DNA of 61,666 nucleotides, taken from the IMG/VR virus record IMGVR_UViG_3300025087_000064, positions 1 through 61,666 of that record, one strand, 5' to 3'. The stretch's first letter is position 1. Each line of letters opens with the position of its first letter. The stretch is from a virus (lineage: Duplodnaviria > Caudoviricetes). The position numbers and the translations under genes were made by a program. The notes under the pieces are model-generated. The model had not been told where the DNA came from. It searched no databases and saw nothing but the letters and a program-made list of their open reading frames with translations. Below are positions 28,387 through 37,686 of the stretch, in pieces.

Positions 28387-28604
28387 AGATTTTATCGGAT
28401 AACGCCAGGGGTGTTTTGGGCGACAGCGAAGTTGTTGATTTGGTCAACATCGTCTCCTCGCGTGAGGATGGTAGACCGATCTGGAAAATCTCTCTCAAGG
28501 GTAGTAGGGGTGACAGTATGTCTATCTACGTATGGGAGTTCACCAGTGGGGCGATAACTATTGACGAGGTCTATAATCGACTCGTGGAGCTTAAGGGGCA
28601 ATGA
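28383..28604 (+). CDS. Hypothetical protein
   Basis: ATGA overlaps with both neighbours. Confidence 0.55.
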   Translation: MKILSDNARGVLGDSEVVDLVNIVSSREDGRPIWKISLKGSRGDSMSIYVWEFTSGAITIDEVYNRLVELKGQ

Positions 28605-29017
28605 AGAAGAATAAGGCGGTAGCTATCAGGTGGCATAGGGATGGAGCTATATTTTTCGACCTCCAGTATTGCCTCTGTATCAATGATGAGCAGTTCGAAT
28701 CGGCTATTTCCGAAATAGGGGTGCGCTACTCTGACCACTTCGTTAATAACGGCGCAGACGGGACGACCCACTCGATCATGAAAGAAGGTAGACGGTACTC
28801 TATCGTCGGCGTATCGGTTGATGAAGAGGAAGCGCTTGATACCATTGGCTTGATAGTCCACGAATCCGTCCATGTCTTCCAGGATATCATGGGGGCCATG
28901 CGTGAGTGTTCCCCCGGTGGCGAGATTGAGGCTTATACTATCCAGGCCATTGCGAGAAACCTCATAGGTGATTGGCTGGACATGAAGGATAAGAAACTTA
29001 CACAAAAGAGGAAATAA
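28601..29017 (+). CDS. Hypothetical protein with an HExxH (zincin-like) motif
   Basis: IVHESVH...EIEAY. Confidence 0.6.
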   Translation: MKKNKAVAIRWHRDGAIFFDLQYCLCINDEQFESAISEIGVRYSDHFVNNGADGTTHSIMKEGRRYSIVGVSVDEEEALDTIGLIVHESVHVFQDIMGAMRECSPGGEIEAYTIQAIARNLIGDWLDMKDKKLTQKRK

Positions 29018-29018
29018 A

Positions 29019-29734
29019 ATGGCGGATGGGCAGTTAGATAAAAACGGCGTGGCAAATGACGTATTAATAATTATGCAAAACTCAGTGGTTGATGATCATG
29101 GCAAGAACTTGACATTATTCTGGGTAAAAGATACCGAAGGAATTCTGGAGGGGATCGCGGTCGAGACTGCGCACCTGGAAAGTGGCGTAATCGACCAGCA
29201 AAAAATTTACGACAGACTGGCGCAGGAATACCTGAATGTCACCTACGGCATGATACCGAAGAGGAGCGCTGTTTTTATATTAGATCCAGGTAAACAGTCA
29301 TGATTAGATATATGGCCGCATTACTGGAGACGGTAGTTTGGGTATCCTGTGGTTTGGGTGCGAGTATTATGATTGCTAACGGCCTAGATGGGGCATTGAC
29401 ACCTCCTGGATCTCAATACTCCCTTGAAGCCGCAGCGACAACCGATCAGCCGATAAGTTGGGAGCCAATATTGCGAGAGAGCGGAGGAGCCGTTGTGACC
29501 CTCCCTGCTGCTCTGGGCCATCCGGATGTTAGTATAATCTCGTGGCCGAATGTTGTCGTGGAGGTTTCGACCCCGGTTGGTGATGATCAGGATGGTGGGG
29601 CAGTCTATATATTCGCTGTCAATGCGGTAGATTTACCCAAGGTGTGTATGTTGCGTGTGGGCCATATAGATTACCTGATCGAGGGACCGGCGTTCAGTAG
29701 GAGTAAATTGTCTGTATTCAGATACTGGTGGTAA
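29019..29734 (+). CDS. Two hypothetical proteins (29019-29303; 29300-29734, with N-terminal TM or signal)
   Basis: Consecutive coupled ORFs in the operon. Confidence 0.5.
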
Positions 29735-29735
29735 T

Positions 29736-30242
29736 ATGAGGAAAGTGAGTCAAGGTACGATAAGCGTCTTGTTCGGGTGTCACTCTATCTTCCATTCCTT
29801 TTTGGTCCTCCTGTCTTGGAAGAGATTGTATGGGAGGTGGCCAGAGCCATGGCAGGTTGTGTGTATATTCATCCACGATGTAGGTCATTGGGGCTTGAAC
29901 TACCTCGATAGCTACGAACTAAAGAAGATCCATTGGTATGACGGGGCGATGCTTGGCCTGGTCCTTTTTGGCCAGAAAGCTTTTAATCTCATCGCTGGTC
30001 ATGACGTGAACAGTGGATACCGACAGAGCGAGCTATATAAACCAGACAAATACTCCTGGACCATAGCCCCAAAATGGTGGCTGTATTCGAACCTGTTATT
30101 CGAGCCGAAACTGGCGAATGGGATGAAGTGGCGGGATGCTATTGAGGACTTCCAGGCAAGAGTTAAGGCCAGTATAGATACCGGATTATTCTCCGAAACT
30201 CATCTTGTTTACTTAGATAGGGAGGCGAAACGTCAAGTATGA
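29736..30242 (+). CDS. HD-domain-like phosphohydrolase
   Basis: H..FH..IFIHDVGH..HW..GH..PDK spacing of metal ligands. Confidence 0.6.
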   Translation: MRKVSQGTISVLFGCHSIFHSFLVLLSWKRLYGRWPEPWQVVCIFIHDVGHWGLNYLDSYELKKIHWYDGAMLGLVLFGQKAFNLIAGHDVNSGYRQSELYKPDKYSWTIAPKWWLYSNLLFEPKLANGMKWRDAIEDFQARVKASIDTGLFSETHLVYLDREAKRQV

Positions 30243-31470
30243 AAGATAGCGCAAGATCAGTCCGAGAGAAGCAGTGGTATGAGGTGTCGGTCGATGGCAA
30301 AATTATAGCCGTTATAGAGGAGGGCTCCAGCACCACTCGTGAGATAGCAAGAATCGGTACGCTGATGGGCGTAGAGGTTAGGAATGCAAGCCCGGAAAGC
30401 CTAATGAGGTTCGGTAGTAAGACAGTGATACCGGCAACTGTTTTGCGCAAATTTGAGGAAGCCGCCAACCTTGCCGCAAGAAAACGACGGTTAGGATGGC
30501 AGTCGAACAATCACCCCGGTAATAGGGAAGAGGAGGATGATTGATGGAGATCCGCGATACAAATTTATTCTACCACTCAAATGGTAGCCAATACCGCGTG
30601 CCGCCGACAGACGATAACGGGGTTCCCCTTCGTTGGTGGCGTAGGAGGGTAGCCAAACCTAAGGCGGCAATCGCAACGGTGATAGAGTTGAGCCCGAGCG
30701 GCAAGCACGCGATTTGCAGACTCGATACTGGCGAGATAATCCGTAAACCTATAGGCAACGTTCCACCCCAGCCGTTGGCGGTGTTCTTGGGCTTACTGCT
30801 TGAGCTTGAAAATCTTGATGAAAAATTCGGTGGGCCGGTCGTAAGGATCGATGTCAGCCGTGGGCAAGAGGAGGGGTGTGACCCCTGTTTATACTAACCT
30901 TCACATAGGATTGGTGGCAATGGTGTTTGAAAACCTGCTTAATTTAGACTGAAGGAGGTGATCCAGAATCTAACGGTGAAGTGCGGCAATTACGCCTTGG
31001 CCTTCTTCCTTTGGCCGAAACTTTTAAATGGAGTTGATAATTTGGAGACGATGACTGATAAGAATAGGGTAACAGTTTGGGGTTTATTGGAGGGCCTACT
31101 GGAACGCCATCACCTGGAGATAGATGTTGCCGGTGGTAGGATCGTAGAGATACGTTACCCAACCAGGGATTGCTCTAGTTTAACTCTCATGGTTGACAAT
31201 GGCAAACACGATGAGGTCGCCGTTCCTGTAACTGCTGGATGGGTTAATGAGTGGAACCCAGCTTGCGGCGGGTTATTTATGCTCTCTCGTGGTGGACAGT
31301 ATGAATACATGTCAGCCGATGAATGGGGAAAACGCATGATCCCCCTTGATAAGCCTGGGGAGGAGCCGGTCGTAGTTTCCATGTTGGTCGATAGTGATTC
31401 GGTCAACGAACTCGTGGTCCGAGATATGCGGTCGATGGAGACCGATTCACACTATGAGCTGGGTGAGTAG
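30239..31470 (+). CDS. Three hypothetical proteins (30239-30544, 30541-30897, 31051-31470)
   Basis: Coupled or RBS-preceded ORFs ending at the convergent terminator. Confidence 0.5.
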
Positions 31471-31505
31471 GACGATACAATAGATTGTTAGGAAAGTGAG
31501 TGCGT

Positions 31506-31549
31506 AAATAATGGGCCACTGGCATAGAAACCAGCGGCCCATTATTTTT
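31506..31549. terminator. Bidirectional intrinsic terminator
   Basis: AAATAATGGGCC..CTGG..CCAG..GGCCCATTATTTTT hairpin between convergent operons. Confidence 0.8.
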
Positions 31550-32383
31550 ACCATTCCTCTACCGAGCGAACCAGTTTGTCGCCGTAGTAGATTTCGACAT
31601 CCCCCTCCTCCTGTGTGGCGAGCTCGGTGATGGCCTCCAAGGAAGAGGCTGAAACGATCTCTCCGTCATAGTTCGATCTGAACCAGTAGTAATTCTTCAT
31701 CATGATTGCACCCATGGTGTTTCTCCAACCATCAACATGACCATTCAGTCTCTCACGTAATCCAGCTGCCGATGTTCCAATCTATCTTCTCCTTGCTTTC
31801 GCGTTAGACATTGAGTCACACACCGCATTATACATGTCCCTCATTTCCCGCCATCGGTCGAGGGTCCATAACCGCTTGTCGAACCCGTTAGTCATATACC
31901 GATACAATCTATTGGAAAACATAATTTCGAACCTACTTAACCCTGAATGTAGTATCATAACTCCCTCACAGCTTAAGGTTTGAATCGATAAAGCCAAGCT
32001 TCTGACAGATCCGCCAGCAATCCCAACAAGAATCTTGGCCAGCTGCCTGGCTGTTTAGCATGAACCTGGCCTGGCGTGCCACCGAAATAAAATTCAGCTT
32101 GCTATTGAGGGCGAGATGTTCAATCTCTCGCTCGTTCAACTCCGCGCTGATCGCCTCAAGGAATAGTCTATTGTGCGAATTGCATTGCGTCATGAATATC
32201 GGTTTCCTCCACCATGTTTGAGTGAGAGGTAAAGGCTATACCGCGCTCCCTACCCCAGCGTACTGCGTCCATACGGACCCTAAAACCATCTGCCATGGTC
32301 TTGACGATTTCCCTGGTCTTTGAATCACGGAGAAGCACCGCCCAACTCTTAAAACCATTTCGTTCTGCCACATAGTATCTCAT
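31548..32383 (-). CDS. Four small early ORFs (31548-31715, 31782-31958, 31966-32193, 32168-32383)
   Basis: Short ORFs with GGAG-type RBS, typical of an early host-interaction region. Confidence 0.55.
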
Positions 32384-32460
32384 GGCTATTCCTCCTCGTT
32401 AGGTTAATTAACCAAACAACTACCGGCTGGGATATTTCTACCCCAGCCTTGGTTTAGGGG

Positions 32461-33060
32461 TTAGATTAAGTATAGCTCATGTCGATATTTCAGAAAATCG
32501 TTTTTGAATGGACAATCAGCAAGCCATTTTTTCTGTTCGCCATTTAAAGATTCCCAATTTTGTCTAGTTAGATGGTATATCATTTGAGCAAACAGACGAT
32601 GATCCCCCTTAATTTTTGTTCCCTCACAGGCAAAGGTGATTCCTGAGGAAAAATCAAGATCTGCCCCCCGAAGATCTGCCCCCTGAAGATTTGCCCTATG
32701 AAGATCTGCCTCCCGAAGATCTGCCTCCCGAAGATCTGCCCTTTGAAGATCTGCCTCCCGAAGATCTGCCCTTTGAAGATCTGCCTCCAGAAGATCTGCC
32801 CCATGAAGATCTGCCCCATGAAGATCTGCCCACTGAAGATTTGCCCACTGAAGATTTGCCCCATGAAGATCTGCCCACTGAAGATTTGCCCACTGAAGAT
32901 TTGCCCCATGAAGATCTGCCCACTGAAGATTTGCCCACTGAAGATTTGCCTCCCGAAGATCTGCCTCCCGAAGATCTGCCCCATGAAGATCTGCCCCCTG
33001 AAGATTTGCAATTTCAGTATTTTCCCAGATTATGATGCCTTGTTTGTTTGTAATTTTCAC
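32461..33060 (-). CDS. Pentapeptide repeat protein
   Basis: 23 tandem A(D/N)Lxx units; GTG start after AAGGAG. Confidence 0.92.
   Translation of the reverse strand: MKITNKQGIIIWENTEIANLQGADLHGADLREADLREANLQWANLQWADLHGANLQWANLQWADLHGANLQWANLQWADLHGADLHGADLLEADLQRADLREADLQRADLREADLREADLHRANLQGADLRGADLDFSSGITFACEGTKIKGDHRLFAQMIYHLTRQNWESLNGEQKKWLADCPFKNDFLKYRHELYLI
32656..33009. repeat. 15-bp tandem repeat (23 full units plus one partial)
   Basis: Unit GAAGAT(C/T)TGCC-N4 on the + strand, with a 45-bp higher-order repeat. Confidence 0.95.
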
Positions 33061-33115
33061 TTTATTCTCCTTTGGTTTTGGTGGGAAAGTAATTGCAGAC
33101 ACGCTCGGTGATTGA

Positions 33116-33286
33116 TCAATTGCTCGAACAAAGGCCAGAATCGATAAGGTCGCTGGCCAACTGTCCGTATGACCCCTGGAGGTGCCACACGGTCCCGTCG
33201 CTAATGATCTCCTGGAAGAATTCCACGATCTCTTCGTCGGTCATTTCGCCACTTTCAAAAGCTATAATCTTGTCAACGTGATCCAT
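33116..33286 (-). CDS. Small acidic phage protein
   Basis: IIAFESGEM..E.VEFFQ.II..G.VW.LQG.YG pattern; GGAGG RBS. Confidence 0.65.
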   Translation of the reverse strand: MDHVDKIIAFESGEMTDEEIVEFFQEIISDGTVWHLQGSYGQLASDLIDSGLCSSN

Positions 33287-33288
33287 AG

Positions 33289-33965
33289 TTAGAACCTCCC
33301 TGAAAATCCGTTGTTGTTCCAAAACCTCTTTAGCTCCAAGAGGTGTGCGTGGGTCTGGTTGCACCACTCGGGGGCAGTCAGAACGCGGGCCATCTTGAAC
33401 CTGAGAAATCTCTTGCTAACCAATATTACCATAATCCCCCCCCTATCCAATGTAAAAAGATTCATAGTCGCTCTCGGGCACGGTTAACTCTATCCTTCCT
33501 CCCCTTTCCTCGAAATACTTCAGACAGTCCTGGATGGCTGATAAAAACTCTGCCTTAGTCACCTTTACCGAGGTCATTCCTGGGAAGAACTTGGTGGGGC
33601 TCGTGGGTAGGTGCGGCCTGGTTATCACCCTATACCCCACCCTCTTGATTTTGCGCCGTTTACGTAACTCGTCTTCGGCCTCGGCTGCTGTGCAAAGTAT
33701 TCTTTTGCTCATGATGTACCTCCGTAGTTGTTAACCGTTGTTTGACTGCTCAGTACCGAACGGGATTACCCGCCCGGTGCTCAATCGTCAATCATCCCTC
33801 GAAAACCCACACAAGGGTTTTTATTTCGGTGGTCAATACCCCTACTCTCTTGTTCGCCGCCCAAAATTCCATGAGGGACTGGGAGGTGACTACTGCTTGC
33901 TCCGACCTTTTCAGCTCACTCTTCTTCTGCTCGATCTCGTTCGCGACTTCATTCCTCGTCTTCAT
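33289..33965 (-). CDS. Three small early ORFs (33289-33432, 33443-33712, 33792-33965)
   Basis: Read by hand; each has a purine-rich RBS; two fall below the 60-aa ORF-track cutoff. Confidence 0.55.
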
Positions 33966-33999
33966 GTTTTAACTCCAGTCTTGGTTTTGAGATACAGAA

Positions 34000-34076
34000 T
34001 GGGCTTGCCTGGAGTTGAACCAGGCACCAGGGATGTTTACCTATGTGGTGAGCTTATGCTCTGTCACAATTAGCCC
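34000..34076 (-). ncRNA. Degenerate tRNA-like RNA
   Basis: T-arm GCCTGG-TTCAACT-CCAGGC, acceptor GGGCT/AGCCC, hairpin GAGC-ATAA-GCTC, ACCA/TGGT stem with a 16-nt loop; no canonical anticodon loop and no encoded CCA. Confidence 0.5.
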
Positions 34077-34096
34077 CAGACCTTCGGGAGCCCTTT

Positions 34097-34232
34097 TTTG
34101 GTAGCTTCGATCAGTACCGTGTATGCCGTGCTTAAAGCGGGGTGCTCACCTCGCCACTGGTCGCGCATTCAGCCGCCAACACCGGGGTGAGAGTCTTGCA
34201 ACAATGACACGGTACTGATCGAAAACACCAAA
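34097..34232 (-). ncRNA. Long rod-shaped structured RNA in the early leader
   Basis: Perfect 17-bp inverted repeat 34106-34122/34207-34223 enclosing a bubble and an inner CTCACC/GGTGAG helix. Confidence 0.55.
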
Positions 34233-34372
34233 GCAGCAGTATTTTTGTGGGGGAGATGTTAACTCGTGATACCCGGCCTGCCTCCGTCGGTCCCCTCTTT
34301 CGGGCTTGCCTTGCGGTATTGGCTCCTTTTCGTCTTCCGGCCTCCCTCCGGGTTCCTCTGTTCTTACCTGTT

Positions 34373-34401
34373 AATATACACACGGCCTACAGGGTTGTCA
34401 A
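34373..34401 (-). promoter_or_regulatory. Strong early leftward promoter
   Basis: TTGACA-N17-TATATT. Confidence 0.8.
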
Positions 34402-34431
34402 CAGGAAGAATAAAAAAAGATCGATTCTACC

Positions 34432-34460
34432 TTGTGGTTGGTCTAGGTGTGGGGTATTAT
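34432..34460 (+). promoter_or_regulatory. Rightward promoter for the tRNA and downstream ORFs
   Basis: TTGTGG-N17-TATTAT ending 13 bp before the tRNA. Confidence 0.5.
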
Positions 34461-34473
34461 ACGGTCTAATCAA

Positions 34474-34549
34474 TGCGGGTTAGTCCAGTGGCCTAAGACA
34501 CGAGTCTCATAAGCTTGTTACATGGGTTCGAATCCCATACCCGCTACCA
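34474..34549 (+). tRNA. tRNA with CAT anticodon (Met/fMet-like)
   Basis: Cloverleaf: acceptor GCGGGT/ACCCGC with U1:U72 mismatch, anticodon loop CTCATAA, T-arm ATGGG-TTCGAAT-CCCAT, encoded ACCA. Confidence 0.9.
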
Positions 34550-34575
34550 ATTTTACAGGGTGTCAAGTTTTTATT

Positions 34576-37097
34576 ATGAAAAAGGAGATGCTACCAAGTG
34601 AGTATATGACGCAATTGAGGCAGGTTGGCAAGTGTCCGTGCTGTAGCAGCAAGCGCAGCGAGGGCCATAAGGTGTGGTGCTCATTCGCGGAGAGGAAGAG
34701 GCTAAGGATGATCTATACCTGCTCGAACCACGTCCACCATGAGCACAGGTTCCGCTTTATCGCCAAGCTATGCGGTAAAATCCAGTATTTATTGCACAAA
34801 TGGGGTGTCTGCCAATGAGTGGGGACAAGAATCATTCACGGCAACGAATTGCGAATGACAAGTATCGAGCCAATTATGATAATATTTTTGGCAAAAACGA
34901 GGCCGTAACAATGGACATGACAAGCTATGGCGTGGATCTTGGCGGTCCCGACCGATGGGCTATTTGGCGCTGCGATATCGAATGCCCGCAGTGCGGAGGC
35001 GGTTTTGTGGCCCAAGATAAATTTGGCATATTCTGCCGTCTTTGTCCTTGGGGAAAGGATTTTTCAGCGGGAGGTGTGTAATGTTGAGTGATCGAGGCGA
35101 GAAAATCCTGTTTGGCATGATGTTGTGTGCCACTGGCGCTGCAGCTGTGGCACTCTTTTGTGGGTGGAACCTTGCGGCAATGTTGATCGCCCTGGCGATG
35201 GCCCTGACTGTTTTTGTAACAAATGGTGATTGGTGATGGAAAACCTTGACAATTTATTGGCTTCGATGGTAACGGTAAGCTGTTACCAGGGCGAGGTGGT
35301 TATCAGCCTGGGGGCGTACCTGCATTTCATGGCGAGCCACGAAACTACTGTGGAGGAGCTTTATCGACTGCGACAATACCCGGTTGATGTCTTCCTCCGG
35401 GAAGTGATGCATGGCGACGACTACCGCCTTATGCTGCCGCTGCAGTATGGTCAATCGCTTATGCGTGTTCCCCTTTGGATGGTTAAGAGGGATATACTAA
35501 GGCTCCTGGCCAAGAAATTAAACTGCGAGTATTGATATGGTCAAGAAGATCCCCTTGATATTCCCCTGGGGCGAATCAATGCCAACCATAGAGTATTCCA
35601 GCGACGACGAGATCGTGCGGGGTATCGAGGTATTGAAAGATTACGTTGGCAGACAAAAGGGTATGTCTAGTATCATCGGCCCTCGTTTTTACCGTGACGG
35701 AAATAATATTCCTGGTAAAATAGTATGGGAGGCTCACCCGAGCGGGATCGTGATATACAATGTCGAGGAGAATATCCTGGCATCGGCCCGCGAGGAGTTA
35801 GCCATAGCTAAGGGGAGGTTGTAAGATGATCATGGAGGAGATGACCTATTATAGCGATGAGTGCCCTAGTATCAAGTTCAAGACCAGGGAGGCGGCTAGA
35901 CGTAACGAGGTGGAGCTGAAGGTTCTTGACCTGTTCGACCGTGATTTTCCACGGCACAGTCAACGACCTGAACGCTTAGAGGTAGTTGAGTGGATATTGG
36001 CCAATTGCGATAAAATAATGATGATATCTGGCTGGAAACCTCAAGAACCATGTCGGGACCTCCCGGACACTACGGCGGAAGAGTTTAAGTATCTTTGGTA
36101 TAGGAGCGTAGAATGATCGTACATCACACGGTATATGAAAGCGACAGGTGGCCAGGTAAAACATTCCATGAGTTTGAGGGCGCAAATAAATATGAAGTCT
36201 TGATGGATATTCACGATAAGTTTGACTCGCTTTTCCCTATCTTGCCTGGGAAGTGGAGGGACGCCATGGTCCAATGGATTGTTGATGAGTTCAAAACCAT
36301 CAAGACGATAATAGATGGGCACAAGACAGCTGCTGAGATTGCCGTAGATTACGAGGATGAGGTGACTGACGATAGGACCTTGCAGGAGATTTTCGATAAC
36401 ATGGAATTCCCGAAGGTGATCTTCCCCGAGTTCAAGGATGACGATTGCACTGAGAACGGATGACGATGCACGAAAGAGTTTTAAAGCATGCTATCCCCAT
36501 TGCGGTAAGCGACTACCACTGCAGGTGCTGCGACTGGTGCGGGGATCAGGCGGCGATGGTTAAGATACCGGTCAGGAGTACGTGGTTACGACCGCTCCCT
36601 TACCAGATGGGAGACGAATACCATTGCCCGTTCTGTGCTGCTACAATGTTTACAGATTACGAGAATGACGATGCGAAAAGTTAAGGCTATCGATATCCAG
36701 TTGGCCCTTGATTATTGCGAGTGCCGTGGGCTTGACCATGGGAAGTTTCTGGGATGTCTGGCTAGAAAGCTTAATTCTATCCTGGCTGGAGAGGAGAGTA
36801 AAAAACCTGCTCCCCGGAATATCCTAACAATAGTTGGCAACCTCGACGCTGCACCGCTATGTAAGACATGAAACGATTAGAACCGGGAGTTTCCGGCAGG
36901 AGAAAAAAATGACAGTGCAAGAATTACTGAACAAGGAAGCTATTATTGCGGCGGAACCAGACGAGCACTTCATAAGTATCTCCAGATACCACGACTGCCT
37001 CCTGCTATTGACTGATCGCCGCCTCTATCGTATAGAGAACGCCGACGACGATATACTGATGCGCATTCACATAACCTCAGTCTTACCCTTGTATTGA
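34576..37097 (+). CDS. Cluster of about 10 small hypothetical proteins (34576-34818, 34815-35081, 35081-35236, 35236-35535, 35537-35824, 35826-36116, 36113-36463, 36460-36684, 36671-36871, 36909-37097)
   Basis: Head-to-tail, mostly translationally coupled ORFs; several with CxxC motifs, one hydrophobic. Confidence 0.6.
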
Positions 37098-37098
37098 T

Positions 37099-37686
37099 AT
37101 GAATAGAGCGGTGATGCCACCAAAGCAAAGGATAGACTATGACAGCATAGAGCCTGGTTGGATCGCAAGGGTTAGGCTGTATGCTGCTGTCATGGCCTGT
37201 ATTGACGGAGCTAGTGAGCAGCTAGCCAGCCTGGCTGGGGATGAAGGGACACTAGTGGGAAGGTTCATCGCCAACCAAAAGCATGAAGTATTACTCGAAA
37301 GGTCGCTCCCCATGTCAACGAGCGATACGATTGTGGAGGAATATCCATTTCGCTACGGCAGGGCCGATATTGTTATTTTCCACGTCGATGGCTCTGGGAC
37401 CGTTATTGAGGCTAAGGACGGTAGGGTTGGTTACAATGGGGTTGCTCGCGGAATTGGTCAGGCGTCGCTGTACGCGGTGCAATTGGGCGCAAGAAAAGAG
37501 ATTATCAACCACGTCAGGAAGGCCCTCCTTTTCACTGGGACTGGGGATGGGGATTGTGATAGGGCTATAATCCTGGCGTGTGTCGCCGCCAATACCATCC
37601 CTATTCAATATCCGTCCCACGAGGAATACTGTAGAGAGTCTTTGACCGATGCGGTGTACTTGACCATGAGGGCGTTTAAACCATGA
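37099..37686 (+). CDS. PD-(D/E)XK nuclease with a TerS-like N-terminal peptide
   Basis: EEY..GRADIV..VIEAK..GIGQ..LY. Confidence 0.75.
   Translation: MNRAVMPPKQRIDYDSIEPGWIARVRLYAAVMACIDGASEQLASLAGDEGTLVGRFIANQKHEVLLERSLPMSTSDTIVEEYPFRYGRADIVIFHVDGSGTVIEAKDGRVGYNGVARGIGQASLYAVQLGARKEIINHVRKALLFTGTGDGDCDRAIILACVAANTIPIQYPSHEEYCRESLTDAVYLTMRAFKP

Noticed and set aside
28039-30242. 2-aminoadenine (Z) genome system
   Set aside because: No PurZ and no phage DNA polymerase recognised
32656-33009. CRISPR-like array
   Set aside because: Contiguous 15-bp coding units with no unique spacers and no cas genes
32580-33111. Alternative-frame repeat ORFs (QIFxG, EDLPx, KICPx, GRSSx)
   Set aside because: By-products of a stop-free 15-bp repeat; only the A(D/N)Lxx frame has an RBS and a known fold
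34097-34232. Retron msr-msd
   Set aside because: The flanking inverted repeats fit superficially, but no RT gene is present in the genome
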